Below are positions 1 to 9,683 of a stretch of DNA of 64,000 nucleotides, piece by piece. A model generated the notes under the pieces. That model was given only the letters and a program-made list of their open reading frames with translations, had not been told where the DNA came from and searched no databases. Within the stretch, counting starts at the first letter, position 1, and the number at the start of each line of letters is the position of its first letter. The position numbers and the translations under genes were made by a program. The DNA comes from Candidatus Multivoradales bacterium (lineage in GTDB: Bacteria > Acidobacteriota > Thermoanaerobaculia > Multivoradales > JAHEKO01): assembly GCA_965248055.1 (NCBI GenBank), contig CBDFIJ010000004.1, positions 224,001 through 288,000 of the forward strand, written 5' to 3'.

Positions 1-2
1 AA

Positions 3-1901
3 GAGGCAGAAGCCGCGATTCGGGAGGGACAACGCATCTTCTCAGCCTGGGAAGCACTGCCCTTCCCCACCATTGCGGCAATTCGTGGCGCCTGCGTCGG
101 TGGAGGCTTGGAACTGGCTCTATCGTCCGACTACATCGTTTCCAGCGACCGTTCCGATATCCGCATCGGACTGCCGGAAACCAAGCTAGGCATTCTTCCG
201 GCTTGGGGTGGTTGCACCCGACTGCCGCGCCGGGTTGGAGTGATGGCTGCGCTCGACATCATCTTGGCCGGCAAGACCATCCTGCCCAAGAAGGCACTCA
301 AGATCGGCCTGCTGGACGGATTATTTCCCGACTCAGCCTTCGATCGCCTGGTCTATGACTTCGCCGCCGCCCACGTCGACAAGCCCGGTCAACGTCGCCG
401 CTCTGGAGGATTGGCTGCGACCCTGCTCGAGGGCAATCCGGTTGGCCGCGCAGTGATCTTTAACAAAGCGCGCAAACAAACCCTGGCGACCACCAAAGGA
501 CACTACCCAGCCCCTCTGCGCGCGCTGGAGGTGATCAAGACCGGGCTCGACAAGGGCGTCCAGGCGGGCTTCGATGCCGAGGCCGCGTCAGCGGCTGAAT
601 TGGCGGTTTCTCCGACCTCGAAACATTTAATCCACCTGTTTCAATTGATCGAGTCGGCTAAAAAAGACCCCGACGACGCACCCAAAGCGAGGCAGGTGCG
701 CTCTACTGCAGTTCTCGGAGCCGGAGTTATGGGTGGTGGTATCGCTCAATTGATCTCCTCGAAAAAAGGAATCCCGGTCCGGCTCAAAGACCTGGCATTG
801 GAGCCACTTGGTCACGCCATGGATCACGCCGCCAAGCTATTCGCCAAGCAGGTTCGTCGCCGTTGGATCACCAAGGTCGATGCCAAACAAAAGATGAACC
901 TGATTCAACCGACCACCGACTACCAAGGGTTTGCCGGGGTCGACTTGGTGCTCGAGGCAATCGTCGAGAACTTAGAGATCAAGCAGAAGGTGTTCGCCGA
1001 ACTGGCCAACCACGTCTCGCGCGATGCCATCCTGGCCAGCAACACCTCCTCACTCTCGGTCGATCGCATTGGCGAAAAAGTACCCAATCGCGAACGCGTG
1101 GTCGGCATGCACTTTTTCAACCCGGTCGACAAGATGCCGCTGGTGGAAGTGGTCGCCGGACAGCGTTCTGGAGCCCGTGCGGTGCGCACCGTAGTTCAAT
1201 TGACTCGAGATCTGGGCAAAACCCCGGTGGTGGTCCAAGACGGACCCGGCTTTCTGGTCAACCGCCTACTGATGTTCTACAACCTGGAGGCCCTGTGGCT
1301 ACTCGATGAAGGCCACAAGATTGAAGACTTGGATCAAGCGATGACCGACTGGGGTATGCCGATGGGACCTCTCCAGTTGACCGACGAGGTCGGTTGGGAC
1401 GTCGCCTCGAAAGTCGCCCACATCCTGCATCAGGCTTTCGGAGATCGTATTCAGTTGCCCGGGTGGCTGGAAGGCATGGCCCACGGAGACCGGTTGGGCA
1501 AGAAGACCGGCAATGGCTTCTACCTCCATAGCGGCAGCAAAGGCAAAGACCTCAAGGTCGACGAGGAGGTCTACGAATTGCTGGGGATCACTCCCCGTGT
1601 CAGCCAACCGAACCTGCTCGCTCTGGCCGAACGCATGGTGCTGCCGATGGTCAATGAGGCGGCTCGCTGCTTGGAAGAAAAGATCGTCGCCTCACCGGGA
1701 GACCTGGATCTGGCGATGATCATGGGCACTGGGTTTCCACCCTTTCGTGGCGGTCTATGCCGTTGGGCCGACAGCCAAGGCCTGAGTCGCCTGCGGGGCC
1801 GCTTGGCGTTACTCGCGGAGGAGGTCAGCCCCCGATTTAGCCCCTCCGAGGCCTTTCTGCGTTATGTGGAGCGCGGGTCGTTCTACCACTACGACGCCTA
1901 G
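3..1901 (+). CDS. fadJ: Fatty-acid oxidation complex alpha subunit (enoyl-CoA hydratase / 3-hydroxyacyl-CoA dehydrogenase), 5'-truncated by window edge
   Basis: Frame is open from base 3 (…AAIRGACVGGGLELAL…GLPETKLGILPAWGG, crotonase). It also has GAGVMGGGIA Rossmann, SNTSSL and GMHFFNP motifs. Confidence 0.9.
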   Translation, partial: EAEAAIREGQRIFSAWEALPFPTIAAIRGACVGGGLELALSSDYIVSSDRSDIRIGLPETKLGILPAWGGCTRLPRRVGVMAALDIILAGKTILPKKALKIGLLDGLFPDSAFDRLVYDFAAAHVDKPGQRRRSGGLAATLLEGNPVGRAVIFNKARKQTLATTKGHYPAPLRALEVIKTGLDKGVQAGFDAEAASAAELAVSPTSKHLIHLFQLIESAKKDPDDAPKARQVRSTAVLGAGVMGGGIAQLISSKKGIPVRLKDLALEPLGHAMDHAAKLFAKQVRRRWITKVDAKQKMNLIQPTTDYQGFAGVDLVLEAIVENLEIKQKVFAELANHVSRDAILASNTSSLSVDRIGEKVPNRERVVGMHFFNPVDKMPLVEVVAGQRSGARAVRTVVQLTRDLGKTPVVVQDGPGFLVNRLLMFYNLEALWLLDEGHKIEDLDQAMTDWGMPMGPLQLTDEVGWDVASKVAHILHQAFGDRIQLPGWLEGMAHGDRLGKKTGNGFYLHSGSKGKDLKVDEEVYELLGITPRVSQPNLLALAERMVLPMVNEAARCLEEKIVASPGDLDLAMIMGTGFPPFRGGLCRWADSQGLSRLRGRLALLAEEVSPRFSPSEAFLRYVERGSFYHYDA

Positions 1902-1985
1902 CGTTTCGACGCACCGATCTTAGAAATACAGGATTTTGACGGCATAGGTTCTTCGCCGATGCCCTGGCGTTGATAGCCAGACTAT

Positions 1986-2603
1986 CTATTGGCGCTTGCG
2001 CAGTTGGTCTAGCAGGGGTCGAATCTGCACCGGCTCAGCACCCCACTTCTGCGCGTCAGCAAGGAATCGACGCGCCGCCTCCACTCGGCCGATCTCTAGA
2101 TGAGCGCGACCAGCGGTGACCAAATATTTGGGGTTACGCGGATCCAGATCCACCGCTTGCCGAGAAGCATGGACCCCCAGGCTTTTCTTGGCCGGGATAC
2201 GGCTGGCAACCTGGGCCAGGAAATGCCAGGCGCGAGCATCCTTGGGGCCGATCCGGGTGGCCTCCTCCAGGCTGTCGATCGCCAATTTGAGACTGCCTTC
2301 GCGAAAAGCATTGACCCCGCGCTGTAGCAATTTATCGATCGCCTGCTGTTCCACCGGCTTGCCGAAAGCCTTGGTTCTGCGACTCTGGTCGTACTCGACC
2401 CTTCGCTGTGGGTCCATTAAGGCATTCGCGGCTTGGGTCAAATATTGAAACTCTTCGATCGCCTGCTCACGGTCGACGTCCGAACGGCGATCGGGATGGC
2501 GCTGCCGCACCAACTCCCTAAACTGGGCTCGAATCTCAGCCTCGCTGGCGCTGCTGGAGACGCCGAGTACTCCATAGTAGTCAGACTTATTGTTCTGCGT
2601 CAT
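1986..2603 (-). CDS. J-domain (DnaJ-like) protein with C-terminal TPR repeats
   Basis: DYYGVLGV…RHPD J-domain followed by TPR-like helices (ARAWHFLAQ, AVDLDPRNPKY). Confidence 0.85.
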   Translation of the reverse strand: MTQNNKSDYYGVLGVSSSASEAEIRAQFRELVRQRHPDRRSDVDREQAIEEFQYLTQAANALMDPQRRVEYDQSRRTKAFGKPVEQQAIDKLLQRGVNAFREGSLKLAIDSLEEATRIGPKDARAWHFLAQVASRIPAKKSLGVHASRQAVDLDPRNPKYLVTAGRAHLEIGRVEAARRFLADAQKWGAEPVQIRPLLDQLRKRQ

Positions 2604-3613
2604 CCGACTTTCACCCGGTAGAACTGCCGCGCCCGACTGCGAACCGCGTCAGGGATATTGCGGTCGGTACGCAATACCTTAAGATCCCGGGGTGCGATCC
2701 CCGACAGCAGCCGCAACGAAACCCCCACAGGGGTTTTGGGATTCGAGACCAAAGACCGCTGCACCGGGTATTTGCGACACCAGCGTCGATCCTTGGCGAT
2801 CAACTCCAACACCTCTTCCTCCACCGTCCGAGAACGCGCAATTCTTTCGATCTCGGTCGCAGAAAACGAACTGGTCATAAGCGCCGTGGTCGCCACCACC
2901 GGATTCGAGTCGCGAACCATCAAATTGCGTAGACGAACCCCCGCGTTGCGCGCCAAGCGCAGTTTCACAGACGGTGGTAACAGGCGAATCTGGCCCTCAG
3001 AAAGGTTAGTCTGGTCGTCGATTTCTCCCTGCACTGGGGCCGCCCGGACCACTTCCAGCGCTTCCTCAAGCTCAGCGTCATTGGCTTCGACCAGTTCCTC
3101 TTCAGTGTCCGGAGCATCCTCCGGTGAAACCACCAGCTTCTCCAGCTCGGCAACCCGTCTCCCCACCTCGGGCGAGAGATTGGAGTTGGCCCGCAGCCCT
3201 CGCAGAATCTCCGGCGCCGACTCGATCGCGTCTTGTCGCTGGACCAGCGCACGCTGCAAATCGGGACCCATCGAGGGAGCAACCTCGGCGAGAATCCACG
3301 CCTCCAGCGAACGGTGCCGAAGCCCCGCCAACTGAATCTTCGCGTCAGGAAACCGGCGCAGACAAAACTCAGCCAGTCGTGGCGACGGACCGGTCTCTAG
3401 AGCTTCAACAATGGCATGCGGGGCGGTGGCAAGCAGCGAGCGACTTGCCACCTCAACCTCATCCGCCCCCTCAAAGAACAATGCGGCCTGAGCCTCCAAT
3501 AGCTCTTCGATAGGAATCGGAATGGAACCTGCCGCGACCGCAGACCGCAGCTTGGAGCTACCCTCCAGAAGGCGCCGAGTTTCGCCCGAGTTAGCCGCCC
3601 GCTGCGCCATCAT
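2600..3613 (-). CDS. Conserved hypothetical alpha-helical repeat protein
   Basis: 337-aa ORF overlapping both neighbours. It has a helical C-terminal region (LVSNPKTPVGVSLRLL) and an acidic linker. Confidence 0.7.
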   Translation of the reverse strand: MMAQRAANSGETRRLLEGSSKLRSAVAAGSIPIPIEELLEAQAALFFEGADEVEVASRSLLATAPHAIVEALETGPSPRLAEFCLRRFPDAKIQLAGLRHRSLEAWILAEVAPSMGPDLQRALVQRQDAIESAPEILRGLRANSNLSPEVGRRVAELEKLVVSPEDAPDTEEELVEANDAELEEALEVVRAAPVQGEIDDQTNLSEGQIRLLPPSVKLRLARNAGVRLRNLMVRDSNPVVATTALMTSSFSATEIERIARSRTVEEEVLELIAKDRRWCRKYPVQRSLVSNPKTPVGVSLRLLSGIAPRDLKVLRTDRNIPDAVRSRARQFYRVKVG

Positions 3614-4508
3614 CGACGACCTCAGACAACCCGAATACGGTGGCTATAAAATCCGCGTCCACCTCAAGCTCTCGGGTCTTCGACCTGGAATCTGGATTCG
3701 GCCAGGAATACACACGATCATTGATACTAACCACGGATCCGGCAAAATTCCCCAGTCTGAGCCACACCTTGTCATCGGCTTCCAAACGTAGGGACTCTCC
3801 CTTGGCATAGATGGTGGAAATTTGCCGCACCCCATCCACCGTGCTCTCCACCCAGCAGTCTTCGACGAAATCGATGGTTACCCGCACCGATGGTAAGTTG
3901 GCGGTGTCTTGGGCGAGCACGGTTGCTGAGGGCTCCGATTCAGAATCCGTGTCTTGCTGCGCTACTAATTCGTCGCTGGCCAGTTCGGATTGCTGGTCCA
4001 CGCTCGGCGGACGTGTGGTTGTGTCGCGGGAGCTCGAAGCGATCGACGACGACTCGGCTGACGCTTTCTGCGACGCCTGTCGATAGGTCCAATAGCCGGC
4101 TCCACCTAAAACCACGGCGCCCAGAATCACCGCGAGCAGCCACTTCCAGTTGCCCTCGCTATGCGACTGGGAGGCTCGAGACTCGTTCTCGGCTTGAGAT
4201 TCCCACTGACCGACGTAGTAGGTGACGACGTTATCCTCATCCAATCCGACGAACTTGGCGTACTGGCGGAGAAAACCGCGGACAAACACCTGCGCTGGCA
4301 AGATATCCGATTCATCTTCTTCCAAGGCTCGCAGGAATCGCGAGCTGATCTTGGTGTGCTCAGAGACCTCCGCTAGGTCAATCGACCGAGCTTCCCTTTG
4401 TTTCTTGAGCCAGGTACCAAAGCTCAGTTCTACCCCTTCTCGATCTTCCTGCCAAGGAGGAACCGCAGAAGTACGTACACCGGATATCGAGTCGGGTTGT
4501 TCAGCCAT
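3591..4508 (-). CDS. rodZ: RodZ-like cytoskeletal protein (HTH, TM helix, periplasmic domain)
   Basis: FGTWLKKQRE…FVRGFLRQYAKFVGLD HTH, one TM segment, and C-terminal CWVE…LRLGN motif. Confidence 0.85.
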   Translation of the reverse strand: MAEQPDSISGVRTSAVPPWQEDREGVELSFGTWLKKQREARSIDLAEVSEHTKISSRFLRALEEDESDILPAQVFVRGFLRQYAKFVGLDEDNVVTYYVGQWESQAENESRASQSHSEGNWKWLLAVILGAVVLGGAGYWTYRQASQKASAESSSIASSSRDTTTRPPSVDQQSELASDELVAQQDTDSESEPSATVLAQDTANLPSVRVTIDFVEDCWVESTVDGVRQISTIYAKGESLRLEADDKVWLRLGNFAGSVVSINDRVYSWPNPDSRSKTRELEVDADFIATVFGLSEVVDDGAAGG

Positions 4509-4574
4509 CGCTGTACTCTAGTCGGGTGTTCGGAACAGGGTCAAACCCATCCAGGTCTGATAGTTTGGCCCGCT

Positions 4575-6641
4575 ATGGCAATTCCCCAATCTCTCAAGAC
4601 TGCTTTCGAAAAATCCGACTTTGATGCGATCGAGTCGGCATGGATTGAACACGCCGAAGACGCACCCGACGACGTTGACTTCTTCGCTGGAACCGCTCGC
4701 GCACTAACCGGACAAGGGCAAGAAGAATTGGCGCGCATGCTCCTTCACTTGCTCGACGATGAACTCGCCGATACGGGTAAATGGTCCCAACGCATGAATC
4801 TCTTGCGAGCTACCGGTAAGTTGTTCCACCGACCGAAGACCCTCTACGACGCGGTGATCGACAGCCTGCGAGCGATCCACGCCAAGCACGGACGCCTCGA
4901 TGAGTTGATTAAGGTAGCGGGGCTGCATCGACTGGTTGATCGGGAGAACGATCTCTGGCGCCGGGTCGACGGATTGCAGTCGTTGACCGGTTTCGACGCC
5001 GGTGCCGTGGTCACCATGGAAGGCCATGGCGTCGGCAAGATTCTTGACGTCAACACCGATTTGGAGTCGTTTCGGGTCGAGTTTCCCGGTGCAGCACCGA
5101 TGAATGTCGGTTTCCGAGCGGCGGCCAAGCTGCTGACTACCATTCCCGCGGATAGTTTGGCGCACAAGTTAGTGGTTGACCCAGACTCGATCGACGAAGT
5201 GCTGTCCGACCAGCCACACCTCCTGTTGCAGGAAGTTTTTGCTCGTAGAGACCGAGCGATGAGCGGACCGGAAATCAAAAAGGCACTTCTGGGAGTACTC
5301 CCGGAAGCACGCTGGGCAAAGTGGTGGGCGGCGGCGCGCAAGCATCCTCAAGTGATTGCCGACTCCAAAAAGCGCAATGCTTATCGTTGGGTCGACAGCA
5401 ACGAAGAGGCGACCGACGCCTTGACCAACCGATTCAATGTCGCTGACCTCACCGGTAAGCTTCGGGTGCTGGCGGAAGTCCAAGACCGCCCGGAACTGCT
5501 GGCCTGGGTCGCCGACCAGTTGCGCACCTTGGTCCTCGATAATCCAGTCACCAATCCCGCTGAGGTAGCGACGGCATGGGTTCACCTCAAGCGAGCTTCT
5601 AGTAAGTTGGTCAGCGACCTGCCCCCCTCACATCTTCTCGACTGTTCCGCAGATCGACTGGCGGAGATTTTTGATGGGGTGGCCAATGCTACCGATCGTT
5701 TGGGCCTCTACGACCTTCTCGCCAGCCAGCGAGACGACTGGCAGCAAGTGGTCAGCCTGCGCCTTGCCCGCGAGCCAGAGCCGCGACTGGTCGGCGCACT
5801 GATCAACCACCTGGACCAAGAAGACCGGGCGAAGACCATCCTCGATGCCATCCGGCGTGCCTCTCGATCTCCAGCAGCCTTTGTCTGGGTCGCCGAATCG
5901 GCGCGGGAGAACGACGCGATTCGCAGTCTGCAACCCGCGCTATTGATGAAAAAGCTGATCGGCGCCCGCTCGCTCGATGCCTTCGAGGAATTTCGCACTC
6001 GTTTGGCGGTGCTCTTTGAATCTGGCGGAACCGTCCCTCGCTTGCTGGCAGAACTATCCGAAGAACAGGCGGCGGACGTACACAAGAGCGTCAAGGATTC
6101 GCGCCTCTCTTCCGCCGAACGACTCGGCCTCATGGCGACCTTAGAAACTAAGTTCCCCAGTCTGAGGGAAGAGGCCTCTCGGGGCCTCTACGCTCTCAGG
6201 AGCTCGATCGATCAGCGGCGCGAGCAACTCAGGGTGATCAAAGAAGAGGAGCTCCCGACCAACCGCAAAGCGGTAGAAGAGGCAGCGGCGTTGGGCGACC
6301 TACGCGAAAACTTCGAGTACAAGTCGGCCCGACAACGCCAGGAATATTTGTCTGGGATGGCTGCCAAACTGGAGGCCGAACTCGCCAGTGTGCGGCCTCT
6401 GGATTTGTCCCAAGCTTCGAGCGACGAAGTGCGCATCGGCAGCACCGTGACCCTCTCCGGCGATCCTGAGATCCAATACGCGATTTTGGGCCCCTGGGAA
6501 AGCGAACCCGAGCACGGCGTCATTTCCTACCAGTCGGCGCTGGGAGGCAAATTGCTGGGCATGGCAGTCGGCAGCCGAATCATGGCTGGCGACCAAGAAC
6601 GAGAAGTGCTGGCGGTCGGGCTCTATTCTGAAACGACCTGA
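4575..6641 (+). CDS. greA: Large GreA/GreB-family transcription elongation factor with ~530-aa N-terminal extension
   Basis: C-terminal ALGDLRENFEYKSAR and ISYQSALGGKLLG Gre motifs. Start moved to ATG 4575 because the longer ORF overlaps divergent rodZ. Confidence 0.85.
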   Translation: MAIPQSLKTAFEKSDFDAIESAWIEHAEDAPDDVDFFAGTARALTGQGQEELARMLLHLLDDELADTGKWSQRMNLLRATGKLFHRPKTLYDAVIDSLRAIHAKHGRLDELIKVAGLHRLVDRENDLWRRVDGLQSLTGFDAGAVVTMEGHGVGKILDVNTDLESFRVEFPGAAPMNVGFRAAAKLLTTIPADSLAHKLVVDPDSIDEVLSDQPHLLLQEVFARRDRAMSGPEIKKALLGVLPEARWAKWWAAARKHPQVIADSKKRNAYRWVDSNEEATDALTNRFNVADLTGKLRVLAEVQDRPELLAWVADQLRTLVLDNPVTNPAEVATAWVHLKRASSKLVSDLPPSHLLDCSADRLAEIFDGVANATDRLGLYDLLASQRDDWQQVVSLRLAREPEPRLVGALINHLDQEDRAKTILDAIRRASRSPAAFVWVAESARENDAIRSLQPALLMKKLIGARSLDAFEEFRTRLAVLFESGGTVPRLLAELSEEQAADVHKSVKDSRLSSAERLGLMATLETKFPSLREEASRGLYALRSSIDQRREQLRVIKEEELPTNRKAVEEAAALGDLRENFEYKSARQRQEYLSGMAAKLEAELASVRPLDLSQASSDEVRIGSTVTLSGDPEIQYAILGPWESEPEHGVISYQSALGGKLLGMAVGSRIMAGDQEREVLAVGLYSETT

Positions 6642-7252
6642 GACAGCTCGATTCGCACCACCTCAGACCCCACCGTAGCGACCACGACCTTGGTTCCAGC
6701 CGGGACCCTCTCCCCCAATCGGCTCAGTGCTTGTAACGCTTGATCGGCGGTAGCTGACGAAGCGGCTACCTCCTGCTCGACGGTGATTCCTGGCTCGATC
6801 CAGGTTCCCTCATCGATCACGGTAAACGACTCCAAGTGCGACCGAGAAAGTCTTTGTTCACTTTCAATCGGAGCAAAGATCACCGTGCTGGCGTCTTCAC
6901 TCTGTTGGTTTGCCCGAGACACAGCGAGTGCCATCACCCCCAACGCCACCACCACTCCCAGATAGCCAAGAATCATCGGGTCTGGCCAGCGCTTCCAAGA
7001 CTTCTCCAAACGTTGCCGCAGCCGGCTGTGACCAATCGACAAGCGATGTTGACGGACCGTCATCCCCAAGGTCGACGGTGGTGCAACGCGCTCCAGGCCG
7101 CGCAGTCCGTCCACTAGCTGTCGGGTCGACAGATAGCGTTCCTGGCATTGGTCGCATTCATCGAGATGACTCTCCAACCATCGGCTGCGCGCCGGAGAAA
7201 GCTCCCGGTCGATAAAAAGAGAAAGATCTTGTGCGGTCGCGTGTGCGCTCAT
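6623..7252 (-). CDS. Zinc-finger (HxxxCxxC) membrane anti-sigma factor
   Basis: HLDECDQC ZAS motif and one TM helix, directly downstream of an ECF sigma gene. Confidence 0.85.
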   Translation of the reverse strand: MSAHATAQDLSLFIDRELSPARSRWLESHLDECDQCQERYLSTRQLVDGLRGLERVAPPSTLGMTVRQHRLSIGHSRLRQRLEKSWKRWPDPMILGYLGVVVALGVMALAVSRANQQSEDASTVIFAPIESEQRLSRSHLESFTVIDEGTWIEPGITVEQEVAASSATADQALQALSRLGERVPAGTKVVVATVGSEVVRIELSQVVSE

Positions 7253-7257
7253 GGTCG

Positions 7258-7878
7258 CTATCCCTGGTGAGTTCTCAAGTCTGTCTGTCCCTTCAGCGCA
7301 TCCCGGAGTGCCGCGCGGCCTCGGGCGATACGGGAGCGCACGGTCCCCAGGCGACATCCCAAAATAGTTTCAATTTCCCGGTAGTCCAATCCTTCGACGT
7401 CACGCAAAATCACCGCCTCGCGAAACTTCGCCGGCAATTCGGCGATCGCGGCGGTCAATCGGTCCTGCAACTCTGCTCCATAGGCGCGAGATTCTGGACT
7501 CAGCCCCGCGTCGACTGGCTGTGGAGCCGCCGACTCATCGTCCAGCGATCGGGTGTCCAAGCGGCGACGACGTAAGCGACTGCGAAAGCAGTTGATCGAC
7601 ACCTGGTAGATCCAGGTCTTCAAACTCGACTTGCCACGAAACGACTTCAGATTGCAAGAGATCCGCAATAGCGCCTCTTGGGCCAAGTCCTCGGCACGGG
7701 TCGGGTCGCCACAGAATCGCAACGCCAAGTTGTAGATCATTCGCTGATGGGTCTCGAAGATCTCCTCAAACGCCGCCGGATCGCCGGCGGCGTGACGATA
7801 AACCAAATCCAGATCATGCCCTCGGCGCACGGTCCATCCCTTGTCGCCAACGGTTGTGAATTCGGTTCGTGCTGTCAC
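7258..7878 (-). CDS. ECF RNA polymerase sigma-70 factor
   Basis: AEDLAQE…FRGKSSLKTWIYQ (region 2) and GLDYREI…GTVRSRIARGR (region 4). Confidence 0.92.
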   Translation of the reverse strand: MTARTEFTTVGDKGWTVRRGHDLDLVYRHAAGDPAAFEEIFETHQRMIYNLALRFCGDPTRAEDLAQEALLRISCNLKSFRGKSSLKTWIYQVSINCFRSRLRRRRLDTRSLDDESAAPQPVDAGLSPESRAYGAELQDRLTAAIAELPAKFREAVILRDVEGLDYREIETILGCRLGTVRSRIARGRAALRDALKGQTDLRTHQG

Positions 7879-9668
7879 CCCGAAGAGTTAGACGCCTCGC
7901 CAGCCAGGCCGGTTCCCGCATTCTGAGCAGTCTGACCACTGGGTACCGGCTCGCCGTAGTACTCCAGAAGGCCCGCAAACAAAGACTCCGCCACCGACTG
8001 GCGAAAGTTTGCGGTCTGAATCAACGCTCGATCCCGTGCGTTCGCAAGGTTACACACTTCCACCAACACTTCCGCCGGAATTTGGTTGTAACGCAGTACC
8101 GCCGGTACGAATGATCGTTTACGAATGATCCGATCGCGGATTGGTTTGTCTTTGTGGATGGCGATGCCGCGCTTGCGCAACGCGCCAATCAGGTTACCGG
8201 CCAATTGCCGCGAGAGACCTTCTGAACGCACCACGTCTTTATGACTCAAGCTGACCCGCGGCGATTCACGGTATTCAGCGCGCTGCTGATAGACCGTGCC
8301 GCTCTTGCTGTAACTGCCACCTCGAAGCTGGGCTGACGGAATGTATGCCATCGCTCCGCGTAACGAGGGATGCAGAGAATCAGCGTGGATTGACATGAAA
8401 ATCACCCGCGACGAACTCCCGGTCTTGATCGCCCGACGATAGTGACTATTCGACAGATACCAGCGCAGATGGGCGGAGACCCTGGAATCCTCGATCGCGT
8501 AGGCCGGGCTGGTCAACACCTGGTGACCGCGCGAGTACGGAAGCACGTCCCGGCTGCCGACGCTAAACGTCGATCCCTCCCGGGTAGTGGCAAACACGGT
8601 TGCCGAGGTCTGGCTTTCTACGAGTTGTTTGAGGCGCACCATGACGTCGTAGACGTAGAGGCTCTCCCAAACTCCGGACAATGAAGCACCGACATCTCGA
8701 CCACCATGTCCGGCATCCAAAACAATAGTCACTCCCTCCAAGGAGCTGGTCCGCTCTAGGTTGCGATACTGCGATGACTCGGCGCGGTTGGTTTCCCACT
8801 CGACGCGCCGTGAATCACCCGCCGGGAGAAACTCCGGCATCAACATCTCGATTGGAATCTTGACCTGATAACCAATCGGGATATCGGTGACATCGGCAAT
8901 GCCACTGCGGGTAGCGATCTGCTCGGCTAGGGCGTTGACCTCTTCGGCATAAACCCGACCAGTAAAGCGCACTACCACCGCCGAATACAGCGCTTCGCCG
9001 CCGGCCAATCGATAGGCCGCATACCTGCCCCGCGGATCTTCGCCGTAGGTCAACTCATAGCGCGGTTTCTGCGGCAGCCGCATTCTCAGATCCGATCGCA
9101 GCAATGCTGCCGGAATCAAAACCTGTTGGTCGACGCGCGGATCTCCCGAGATCTGATTGACCTGCTGAATACCCTGAGTCGATTCCGCTCCGGTAAACCA
9201 ACGGGCAATCGCTCGCAGCGAAGCCGACCCCGACACTTGGTGGTGCCAGCCATCCGATTCCAGTCGATCGTCGGGAAAAAGTGCCCGCAACACCCGAAAC
9301 CGCAAGTCTGGCACCACGATCTCGACCGGCACCTTGTACCGGTTGCCAAAGCGCAAAGTTCTGGTTCCCCGGTTGGACGCTGCGATGGTGCGCCAGTGCT
9401 GATCGGTGCCACACAGCCTACGGGTAAAGGCGTACAACCCTTCGGCCGCAAGTGGATAGGTCTCAACAAACACCGCATCCCCGTCAACGGTGGCAGTCAT
9501 GCGATTCTCCATCGCCACCCGACGAGGAGCCGCAGACAGAGACCCAACCATTGCCGCACACAGCAGCGACAGCGTCAGCCAGATCGCCAAGCGATCGATT
9601 CGCCGTCTACTGTCCGAATGCTTCAGCTTCACTCTCAACATCTCCCCGATGCTATCGGCAATCAACAT
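7875..9668 (-). CDS. N-acetylmuramoyl-L-alanine amidase (Amidase_3) with N-terminal LysM-like repeats; start uncertain
   Basis: LDAGHGG, SIHAD and VLVEV zinc/catalytic motifs, N-terminal hydrophobic signal, and LysM-like segments. Confidence 0.85.
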   Translation of the reverse strand: MLIADSIGEMLRVKLKHSDSRRRIDRLAIWLTLSLLCAAMVGSLSAAPRRVAMENRMTATVDGDAVFVETYPLAAEGLYAFTRRLCGTDQHWRTIAASNRGTRTLRFGNRYKVPVEIVVPDLRFRVLRALFPDDRLESDGWHHQVSGSASLRAIARWFTGAESTQGIQQVNQISGDPRVDQQVLIPAALLRSDLRMRLPQKPRYELTYGEDPRGRYAAYRLAGGEALYSAVVVRFTGRVYAEEVNALAEQIATRSGIADVTDIPIGYQVKIPIEMLMPEFLPAGDSRRVEWETNRAESSQYRNLERTSSLEGVTIVLDAGHGGRDVGASLSGVWESLYVYDVMVRLKQLVESQTSATVFATTREGSTFSVGSRDVLPYSRGHQVLTSPAYAIEDSRVSAHLRWYLSNSHYRRAIKTGSSSRVIFMSIHADSLHPSLRGAMAYIPSAQLRGGSYSKSGTVYQQRAEYRESPRVSLSHKDVVRSEGLSRQLAGNLIGALRKRGIAIHKDKPIRDRIIRKRSFVPAVLRYNQIPAEVLVEVCNLANARDRALIQTANFRQSVAESLFAGLLEYYGEPVPSGQTAQNAGTGLAGEASNSSG

Positions 9669-9683
9669 CCAAGCCCAAGGGAG

